From the sequence record PP695294.1: a stretch of DNA of 64,000 nt, one strand, 5' to 3'. The notes beneath the pieces are model-generated. The model was not told the DNA's origin. It worked only from the letters and a program-made list of their open reading frames with translations, and did no database searches. This document shows, piece after piece, positions 28,540 to 35,837 of this stretch (its first letter is position 1; the number at the start of each line of letters is the position of its first letter). The translations under genes and the position numbers were made by a program.

Positions 28540-29067
28540 ATGGCAGTCATCTCTGCAAAAGACCAACTCGTTGCGCTGTTTAATGCTGCAAACAGCGGAC
28601 TGTCTAGTCCGTTAACTTCTGCTGACGTTACATTCGGCGCTGTTGCTGACTATTCACCAGCAGATTCTGGAGACACCCGCAACTCCAAACTCACCATCAC
28701 TGCCACCGCGGAATCCGCTAACTTTACTGGCGAGAAAGAGCTGCATTATACCCGCCTCGATTCATCGAACATCATCGGTGCGAAAGCAGTTACCGCTGAC
28801 CAGGCAGAATGGGATACCGATGAAGAAGTGCTTGCTTTTGTCAACGCAGATCTAATTGCCGCCGGTAAAACGGAAGATGCGTTTGCATTGTCTGAACTCA
28901 CCATTTCACGCGAGGACGGCGACAGTGGTGAGAAAATCATCACTGTTATGGTGAAAGAAGGCCACATTAAATACCAGCCTGCCAGCCTTGCAGTTTATAC
29001 TGTAACGCAGCCAATCGTTAAAACTGACCTGAGCACCACCAACGGTGAACTGGACGGATTCGTTTAA
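28540..29067 (+). CDS. Single-domain virion protein of the paralogue family
   Basis: LVALFNAAN, RNSKLTIT, FTGEKELHYTRL; ends NGELDGFV; TATG upstream at about 28506. Confidence 0.8.
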   Translation: MAVISAKDQLVALFNAANSGLSSPLTSADVTFGAVADYSPADSGDTRNSKLTITATAESANFTGEKELHYTRLDSSNIIGAKAVTADQAEWDTDEEVLAFVNADLIAAGKTEDAFALSELTISREDGDSGEKIITVMVKEGHIKYQPASLAVYTVTQPIVKTDLSTTNGELDGFV

Positions 29068-29091
29068 CAAAACAACTTAGTAGTTTCTAAG

Positions 29092-29146
29092 AAATAAATA
29101 AAAGGTACCTACCTCCCCGAAGGGAGGTAGGGCCTTTATTTTCTTT
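29092..29146. terminator. Bidirectional intrinsic terminator
   Basis: CCTACCTCCC-CGAA-GGGAGGTAGG flanked by A and T tracts, between convergent genes. Confidence 0.85.
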
Positions 29147-29148
29147 GC

Positions 29149-29820
29149 TTACATGCCGAGTGACTCGGACAATGTTTTTAATCCAGTGTAATCGCGCTTT
29201 TCAGCCAACTCACGGATTTGGCGTTTGTTATCTGCCATTGCTGAGTGCAACACTTGGTCACGTGCAACAATAGCGGCCAACAACGCTTTACATTGGTCTA
29301 CTGTAAACGGACTGTGCTTAGTATTCAGCGTATCGAGCCAGTATTCTGGTGCGGTATCCGCCTGAATATATTGACCGAGGATGGTACGCGACGATTCATC
29401 GGCTTGAAAGTGACTACCTTCAAACTCGATATAACCATGGCGCTCATCTTCGTAGCGGTGGTCGAGTTCCAACAGCATCTTCTGCACGTCTTCGTAAATG
29501 TAACGTGCGGTAGATTTCAGATTCCCGCGAATTTCGTCGAGGTCAATCTCCAGCACATTAGCAATAAACTCTTTCGTGCGTTTCAATGTGAAGTTAGCTT
29601 CAATCTCCGACATCTCATACAGCTTCATGCGTGCCAGGGCTTCTTTATCAGACATCCCTTCGATGAGATGGTAATGGAGTAATGCACAAAATCCGGTACG
29701 ACCCTGATCCTGCGCACCGATTCGTTCCATGAAATTACCGTGACGATCAATCGGCAAATCACGCTGGAAATAACGGGCGCGGATCTCTTCGTTCGTTAAG
29801 CTTTTGTCAGTAACAGACAT
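29149..29820 (-). CDS. DUF4376-like tail-fibre-associated protein
   Basis: C-terminal IEFEGSHFQADESSR..YWLDTLN..FTVDQCKALLAAI resembles DUF4376. Confidence 0.65.
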   Translation of the reverse strand: MSVTDKSLTNEEIRARYFQRDLPIDRHGNFMERIGAQDQGRTGFCALLHYHLIEGMSDKEALARMKLYEMSEIEANFTLKRTKEFIANVLEIDLDEIRGNLKSTARYIYEDVQKMLLELDHRYEDERHGYIEFEGSHFQADESSRTILGQYIQADTAPEYWLDTLNTKHSPFTVDQCKALLAAIVARDQVLHSAMADNKRQIRELAEKRDYTGLKTLSESLGM

Positions 29821-30362
29821 TCGTCCTCCTCAATCAGGCCAAGTTCTAACAACAAACCGAAGTCCAGCATCTGGAAGTCCTGATCGAGGTTACCGGCCCA
29901 CAACAGAGAAATGTTGTGTTGCTCTTCTTCTTCCAACTGCGGGAGCAGGTGTTCTTCGAAGATTTGACGCTCTGTGTAATAAGCGTCAACCGGGTTATTG
30001 GAGCGTAAGTTACGAATACGCATCCGCGGGAATGACAAGCCCAATGCCACTAAACTTTCAGGACTGGCTTCATCAATAGAGTGACGTAGCAGTTCGATTT
30101 TGTGGCGTGGGTATGCAAGCAGTCGCTTCTCAAAGCCAGGGTTGCGCTTTTCGATTTCCGCGACAGACTCGTGTCCTTTCTCAACGCAGTAGACCGGGAT
30201 CATCACATTCAGCCCGTATTTAATCAACAGGCTTTGGATTTCATCAGTGAAGTCTTCCCCTGCCACAATTGCGTGCACATTGTACAGCTTGCTTTTGCGC
30301 AGGAAGCGATCGACCAAGTGCAGTTTACGCTTCGTAAAATTGTGAATCAGTATTGACTTCAT
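29796..30362 (-). CDS. Hypothetical protein of the radical SAM module
   Basis: GGAG RBS before ATG 30362; overlaps both neighbours. Confidence 0.75.
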   Translation of the reverse strand: MKSILIHNFTKRKLHLVDRFLRKSKLYNVHAIVAGEDFTDEIQSLLIKYGLNVMIPVYCVEKGHESVAEIEKRNPGFEKRLLAYPRHKIELLRHSIDEASPESLVALGLSFPRMRIRNLRSNNPVDAYYTERQIFEEHLLPQLEEEEQHNISLLWAGNLDQDFQMLDFGLLLELGLIEEDECLLLTKA

Positions 30363-31653
30363 TCTGGGCTCCGTTTTGTAATTTTTCTGCTTCGGCACGT
30401 TGGCGTACACAACGTGAACAATAGCACATGGATTTATCATGCAAATCTGATGCGCGAGTCGTACCAGTTTTCTGATACCAATATTCCGCCGCCATCAGCT
30501 TCGCAGTAGTCCAACCACACTGACGACGCTCGGCGTGATACGCTTTACGGTCTTCCAGTGTACCTTCACCGTTTTCGTACGATGCTGCTGCGCAGCTACC
30601 GCAGCTGTGTTTCATCGGACACCCTAAACAGGTTTCTGGGTAGTTGGTGTACTGCGTTTGAATCTCTTCTAACAGCTTACCGCCGTCCAGGCTCACAAAC
30701 TCACGACCGACCAGTTCCGCTACAGCAGAGCGGGAAGTTACCGTGGACATGAAACGGTTACAACCGTAAATCTTGCGATCAAAGCCGAGACAGGTCATGT
30801 GCGTCAACGTACCGCAGTACGGTTTCAGGCGTTCTGGGTCGAGACGAACAGAGTCGTCGTGTAAGAGTTTGTCACGCCAATCCGGGTCCCAAGTTGCCAT
30901 AAAGTTCAGGCCATCCGGGATGATGTGTGTAATCGTGTTACGCGGGTTGGTGTGCAGACCCTTCTCAATCCAGTAGTCCATCACGTCCATCATCTGGTTC
31001 GCGATATCCAACGCCATATGGCGCGGCAGGATATCTTCGTACGTTACATTACCAGAAATGGTACCACCGCCGGACATGTCAATTAACGATTTCATGCTGG
31101 CGGCATAGTGCGGCAATGTATCGATCGTAAACGTCGCTTTTACGCCCAGTTCAGCGATGCCAACACTCTTCAGATAATTGTAACCGCGTACCGCAGCTTC
31201 GTACGACCCTTCACGCGTCGTGGTAAAGATACGATATTTGTCATGGACTTCAGGTAAACCATCGATGGAGACCCCAATAGACAGTTTGTCTTTCCAGCGC
31301 TCGATAATTTCTTTGTTCAGCGGACGGTCCAGAAGCGTACCGTTCGTGGAGATACTGAACATATACGGGCGATTGTGTTCTGCGCATAACTTCTCTGCGG
31401 TTTCAAAGGCCGCCAAAAGAAGTTTAGGCTGCATGAACGGCTCACCACCGATGATATCGATGATGACTTCAACGTTCGGGATATCTTTATCACGCTCGAA
31501 ACAAGCGTGGATAAAATCAATCACGTCTGCTACTTTGTTGTTACGCGGATATTTACGCTCGTAGCAGTATTCGCAGTCCAGGTTACATGACAAGTTAGTC
31601 ACAACCTGATATGTGCGTGGTGTGTACTGGATTTGCTGTTCGCTATTACTCAT
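30325..31653 (-). CDS. Radical SAM/SPASM-domain peptide maturase
   Basis: CNLDCEYC, GGEPF, STNG, SIDG; auxiliary C..DRKIYGC..CLGC-x5-C-x2-C..C plus CYCSRC. Confidence 0.92.
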   Translation of the reverse strand: MSNSEQQIQYTPRTYQVVTNLSCNLDCEYCYERKYPRNNKVADVIDFIHACFERDKDIPNVEVIIDIIGGEPFMQPKLLLAAFETAEKLCAEHNRPYMFSISTNGTLLDRPLNKEIIERWKDKLSIGVSIDGLPEVHDKYRIFTTTREGSYEAAVRGYNYLKSVGIAELGVKATFTIDTLPHYAASMKSLIDMSGGGTISGNVTYEDILPRHMALDIANQMMDVMDYWIEKGLHTNPRNTITHIIPDGLNFMATWDPDWRDKLLHDDSVRLDPERLKPYCGTLTHMTCLGFDRKIYGCNRFMSTVTSRSAVAELVGREFVSLDGGKLLEEIQTQYTNYPETCLGCPMKHSCGSCAAASYENGEGTLEDRKAYHAERRQCGWTTAKLMAAEYWYQKTGTTRASDLHDKSMCYCSRCVRQRAEAEKLQNGAQNEVNTDSQFYEA

Positions 31654-32560
31654 TGTTCGCCGCCCGTTTACGCTTAGCAGAAATTACACGGTTGATGTAG
31701 TTATACGCATCAACGCCGATAGAACGCGCCAGGCGATTACAGCCGACTTCCAATATCTCTGGGGCGTTCTGAATTTGCTCCTGCGTACCGTCGGCGTTAA
31801 GCCACAGCACTTCACTGCACGTGTTGCACTCGGTATCGAACATTTTACTGATCGCAAGCCCACATTCAGAATCGTTCTGCATGTTAAGGCGTTCGATATT
31901 GTCGAGTATTTTCCAATACCCGTACATGAAGTTCATGACGTGGTCTGGCGATAACGGTTTCGGCATCATCGCATCAAACAACAACGACACACCACCTGGA
32001 CGGTAATGATAGATTGCTCGGTGCAGCTCGATGAAATCTTCGTACCAGCGTTTATCGCCTAACTGGTCACGCGTCATCACACCCCAGGTGTAATAATTGT
32101 CCAGCTCGTACAGCACTTCCAGCGCTTCGTGATTACCACCGTTTACAAAGTTCATAAACGGACGTTCCGACTTCTTGTAGCCGTCAATGGACACAAAGAT
32201 AAGGTCGAACTGTTTCAGCAACGGCAGATGTGATTTACGCATCTTTAAACCGTTGGTGTACATGTGATGACGGAGGTTCGGATGAGACTCCTTCAACTCG
32301 TTCACGAAGTCTTCAATCTTACGCTGCGCTAACAGCGGCTCACCGCCCGTCCAATGAATCTCACCGATATCCGGATTCTTCTCTAAAATCGAGAGAATCT
32401 CTTCACGTTGAAACTCACGAGAAGTATCTTCTCTATCCATGTAATAAGCCCCTCCACAGAAGCTACAGTCTAAGTTACACTTAGAAGTTGCGACAACCGA
32501 CAGAATTGACGGTTTGTCGTACAGTTCAGACGAGATCCTGGATTCTACTTGATCTGTCAT
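31646..32560 (-). CDS. Second radical SAM enzyme (short, Twitch-like C-terminus)
   Basis: CNLDCSFC, GGEPLL, YTNG, SIDG; C-terminal CNTC..ADG..GC; GGAG RBS before ATG 32560. Confidence 0.88.
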   Translation of the reverse strand: MTDQVESRISSELYDKPSILSVVATSKCNLDCSFCGGAYYMDREDTSREFQREEILSILEKNPDIGEIHWTGGEPLLAQRKIEDFVNELKESHPNLRHHMYTNGLKMRKSHLPLLKQFDLIFVSIDGYKKSERPFMNFVNGGNHEALEVLYELDNYYTWGVMTRDQLGDKRWYEDFIELHRAIYHYRPGGVSLLFDAMMPKPLSPDHVMNFMYGYWKILDNIERLNMQNDSECGLAISKMFDTECNTCSEVLWLNADGTQEQIQNAPEILEVGCNRLARSIGVDAYNYINRVISAKRKRAANNE

Positions 32561-32582
32561 TGCAGGTTGCTCCAGTATATTT

Positions 32583-33470
32583 TTAAATATAATCAATGGC
32601 GAATAAAGGATCTTCGTCTACGTTAGCGCCAGGCACCAGTAACATCGGGTCGTGATAGGCAGCTAAAATTTTGTTCAGGTCGGCGTGTCTTTCGTTCAGA
32701 CGTTTCAAATCGGCCAACGTTACCGAACGACCACGAATCTCAGAAACAGCTTCTGCTTCTTCTTTCGTTAAATCCACCTTCGTTAAGAGGAAACTTACCA
32801 GCTTACTCAAATCCGCTTCTGTCGCCGGGTAATCCCCATATCGAGTTTGAACCAGGTGTTGCATCCACGGCTTACGAATACGTTTGGTGATTTCAAAATC
32901 GTCAGTCAGCGCATACCAGACAGAACGCTTTTTATCCCACACGAACTTATAGCTATACGCCATCATGTCCGCTAAACGGGTGATGCCGAGTTCTTTATAC
33001 CCCTCGATATCGATGTATGGTTCGGTGTCGAAATACGTTTCCGTATCGGCAGGTACCAGTACAAAGTAGTAAGGGAACGAGCCCAGATAGTCCGGACTCC
33101 ACCAACGGCGCGCCATCGGTTTTGCTTCAAGTTCGTCAAACGGTGTAAACATCAGTTCTAAATCGACGCTGTTGTTCAAAATCCCTTCACTGAAGAAATA
33201 CTTACCGTCGACTAACACGCCACGAGAGTTACCATCGCCGTTAAAGATAACGATGGCCTCTGCAACCATATCACGGATCTTAAACGTATTTTCTACGGTG
33301 TAGTTCTTCTTGTCGGTCAAGAAGCGACCACGAACCTTTGGCCACTCACCAGGAATCTGTGCAATCAGTCTGACTTTGTCAGCGAGATGTGCACGCACCG
33401 AATCTGGGGAAGATAGATGCAGCGGGTGGTTGAATGTGGTTTTATACGCAAGATGCAAATCGTTTTTCAT
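32583..33470 (-). CDS. Hypothetical protein of the radical SAM module
   Basis: 295 aa with GGAG RBS, between the Cys-rich peptides and the radical SAM genes. Confidence 0.8.
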   Translation of the reverse strand: MKNDLHLAYKTTFNHPLHLSSPDSVRAHLADKVRLIAQIPGEWPKVRGRFLTDKKNYTVENTFKIRDMVAEAIVIFNGDGNSRGVLVDGKYFFSEGILNNSVDLELMFTPFDELEAKPMARRWWSPDYLGSFPYYFVLVPADTETYFDTEPYIDIEGYKELGITRLADMMAYSYKFVWDKKRSVWYALTDDFEITKRIRKPWMQHLVQTRYGDYPATEADLSKLVSFLLTKVDLTKEEAEAVSEIRGRSVTLADLKRLNERHADLNKILAAYHDPMLLVPGANVDEDPLFAIDYI

Positions 33471-33492
33471 TTAATACTCCGAACGTTTTCTG

Positions 33493-33699
33493 TTATCGAT
33501 TCCCCGCTCCACGGCTACAGCTTCCGCTGCAGGACCAGCTACACCCACCATTACAGTTATAGTGAGAAAGCGGTAAGCCAGCCAGGTTATTTGTGGTCGA
33601 CACGGTGCCCTGGTTAGCGATATAGTTGTTTGCCTGTGCGGTTGTAATGTAACCTTCTGCCGTAACGAGACGGTTTCGAATAGTCTTGAGACTGATCAC
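33493..33699 (-). CDS. Cys-rich precursor-like peptide 3 (4 Cys)
   Basis: GGAGG RBS; leader like peptides 1 and 2; core NCNGGCSWSCSGSCS. Confidence 0.8.
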   Translation of the reverse strand: MISLKTIRNRLVTAEGYITTAQANNYIANQGTVSTTNNLAGLPLSHYNCNGGCSWSCSGSCSRGAGNR

Positions 33700-33714
33700 A
33701 TAAGCCTCCGTCAG

Positions 33715-34119
33715 TTAGGAGTTAGGACCTGAACAACCACCAGAGCACGCACCTGAGCAGTTTGCGGAGCAGGATTTACCACAACCCCCAGAACAGCTGC
33801 CTGTGCACGTGCCGCTACAACCACCAGAGCACGAAGAGCTACAGCCCGTGCAGCTGCTGCTACAGCCTGATACACAGTTTGCCGAACAAGTCGACCCACA
33901 ACCACCTGTCGCAGACCCTGTGCAGCCGCCAGAGCAACTTGAGCAGCTAAAAGAACACGTACCACCACAGTCGTAGTGCGAACGACCTTGACCTGCGAAC
34001 AAGTCAGCGTTATTCGTAGCTTTATTGCGAATGTAGTTTTGCACATTCGTGGTATTCTTTAGAGCGTTTGCATCGATCGTGTTTAATCGGTTATTCAGTT
34101 CTTTTAATCCAATTGCCAT
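33715..34119 (-). CDS. CxxxC-repeat Cys/Ser/Gly precursor-like peptide 2 (20 Cys)
   Basis: About 50-aa leader, then DCGGTCSFSC and a run of CxxxC repeats. Confidence 0.9.
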   Translation of the reverse strand: MAIGLKELNNRLNTIDANALKNTTNVQNYIRNKATNNADLFAGQGRSHYDCGGTCSFSCSSCSGGCTGSATGGCGSTCSANCVSGCSSSCTGCSSSCSGGCSGTCTGSCSGGCGKSCSANCSGACSGGCSGPNS

Positions 34120-34129
34120 TTAATCCCCC

Positions 34130-34522
34130 TTAGCGACCTGAACAGCCGCCGGAGCAGGCCCCGGAACAACTGGAAGAACATGAGCCACCGCAACCACCTG
34201 TGCAGTTACCGGTACAGCTACTACTGCAACCACCAGAACAACCAGAGCAACCAGAACAGTTACCGCCACACGTCGAAGAACAGCTACCGATACAAGAAGC
34301 AGAACAGCTTCCTGAACAGCTCGAACAGCCATGCGAGCAACCGTTAGAGCACGTCCAAGAACACGTCCCGCCGCAATCTAGCTGTGTTTTCGTCCAACCC
34401 CCAAATCGGTCTGCCGCGTTATGGGCTTTAGAGGCCACTTGCGCGTCGATACGGGGGCCTGTCGCCATGTTAGCTTCGACTATCTGGACGCGGTTTCTGA
34501 CGTCTTTAATAGATATCGCCAT
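34130..34522 (-). CDS. CxxxC-repeat Cys/Ser/Gly precursor-like peptide 1 (21 Cys)
   Basis: AAGGA RBS; about 49-aa leader, then DCGGTCSWTC and CxxxC repeats. Confidence 0.9.
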   Translation of the reverse strand: MAISIKDVRNRVQIVEANMATGPRIDAQVASKAHNAADRFGGWTKTQLDCGGTCSWTCSNGCSHGCSSCSGSCSASCIGSCSSTCGGNCSGCSGCSGGCSSSCTGNCTGGCGGSCSSSCSGACSGGCSGR

Positions 34523-34543
34523 TACGCTTCCTTAAAAAGTAGA

Positions 34544-34580
34544 ACGAGCGGACTATGTCCATAAACATAGTCCGGCTCGT
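34544..34580 (-). terminator. 15-bp bulged hairpin: terminator, attenuator or processing site ahead of the Cys-rich genes
   Basis: ACGAGCGGACTATGT/ACATAGTCC(G)GCTCGT; on the minus strand followed by TCTACTTTTT. Confidence 0.55.
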
Positions 34581-34587
34581 AAACAAG

Positions 34588-35790
34588 TTACTTAGTACCC
34601 GCTTCAGCTTGAACATCGTCGCGCGAGGTGAGGTTGTTGTTAACGTGAACAGCAGCCTGCACAACACCGCCATACTGTTTATGGAGGTAATTCGGGTGTG
34701 GGTTATCCGCAGCCGCATGGTTCGCCAGATTCTGGTTTGCCTGCGAAATTGCGTTGGTGTTGTTTACAACCTGAGTTTTAAGACTGTTGATTTGTCCTTG
34801 CAGGTTATCAATTTGCTGTTGGAAGTCTTTGCCCTGATTCTCAAGATCCGTGACACGCTGATTTGTTTCATTCAGCGCAGACTGAAGATCGTTAACCTTC
34901 TTCTGTAATTGCAACACCAGAGAATTAAGGTTAGCTAATGCTAACGACATTTTCTGGTAATTTTGAGCAACTACATTAAGCTGGTCGTTCCACGCGGCTA
35001 ACGAAGCCACAACTGCATCGATGCGTTGCCCCAACGCCGTGTCTGCTGCTCTTAAGTCGCCGATATCTTTGATAGTGGCGTCAATGGCAGTCTGTACACT
35101 TTGAATCAGGGCACGAATCTCCGTCTCCGTCAGGCCATTAACCTGATGAATGTCGAGATTGTGTACGTTACCTTCGGCGTTGATGTGTGTATTTAAGGCG
35201 TCGAGGAAGTCGTTTCTCAGACCGTCCAGAATACCTTTAATTTCTTCCAGCTGTACTGCAGAGCCGGAGTTAATCGCATCTTTAATCCCCGCGAGTACGG
35301 TAATGATATACTCAAAACCGTAGATATCGCCAAGGTCTTTATACGTCGGGGCGGACGGGAACGTATCGGGTACGTTTCGAAGATCCTTGAAGTCCACCAC
35401 ACGGTCTTCAATTTTCAGCGACGCAATCGCTTGTCGGATGCCTTCGACGTTCGCGGACTGAAAACCACCAACGACTTGCGCAGAGACTTCGATATCAGTA
35501 GGAATGGCCGAGTTAGTTACCACCACACCCATGACCACTTCGCGGTTCTTGGTCATTTTCTGATATGCAGTATGTGCAAAAATCAGTTCGTAGTCTGTGC
35601 CGCGTTTGTACGGGTAGACACCTGGTTTATTCGCAGCTGCCAAGCGGAAGGTATCCGCGTAGAAAGCTCCGTCAGGAAAAGCAAAAGCCCGGTTAACTTT
35701 ACCAGAACCTAACGTAATACGCCGTGTAACGGCGTTCGACGTTAATGTCCCGGTAAGGTCGAGCGGGTACTGATGAATGATTTCGGCCAT
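34588..35790 (-). CDS. phiKZ gp131-like tail-fibre protein with long coiled coil
   Basis: YPLDLTG..FY..GTDY N-domain; heptads; C-terminal H...NPHPNY motif; AGGAG RBS before ATG 35790. Confidence 0.75.
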   Translation of the reverse strand: MAEIIHQYPLDLTGTLTSNAVTRRITLGSGKVNRAFAFPDGAFYADTFRLAAANKPGVYPYKRGTDYELIFAHTAYQKMTKNREVVMGVVVTNSAIPTDIEVSAQVVGGFQSANVEGIRQAIASLKIEDRVVDFKDLRNVPDTFPSAPTYKDLGDIYGFEYIITVLAGIKDAINSGSAVQLEEIKGILDGLRNDFLDALNTHINAEGNVHNLDIHQVNGLTETEIRALIQSVQTAIDATIKDIGDLRAADTALGQRIDAVVASLAAWNDQLNVVAQNYQKMSLALANLNSLVLQLQKKVNDLQSALNETNQRVTDLENQGKDFQQQIDNLQGQINSLKTQVVNNTNAISQANQNLANHAAADNPHPNYLHKQYGGVVQAAVHVNNNLTSRDDVQAEAGTK

Positions 35791-35837
35791 TGCCAAACTC
35801 CTTTGATTGGGGCTTCCTTGCCCCATAGCGCTATCTG

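Noticed and set aside
30325-32560. Assignment of the rSAMs to QueE, NrdG or anaerobic sulfatase maturase
   Set aside because: No que or nrdD genes or sulfatase nearby, whereas Cys-rich leader peptides are adjacent; the motif is the standard CxxxCxxC
33711-34332. Val/Ala-rich alternative-frame minus ORFs (33711..34046, 34120..34332)
   Set aside because: Out-of-frame readings of the same repeats; the Cys-rich frames have RBSs and mutual homology
33715-34522. Short periodic DNA repeats resembling a CRISPR or DGR-like array
   Set aside because: Degenerate 12-nt periodicity from CxxxC codons; no constant repeat/spacer structure, no cas or reverse transcriptase gene
34200-34535. Plus-strand ORF with QLP/EQP repeats
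   Set aside because: Antisense shadow of the Cys/Ser/Gly repeat peptide; no RBS, and the low complexity is explained by the real gene
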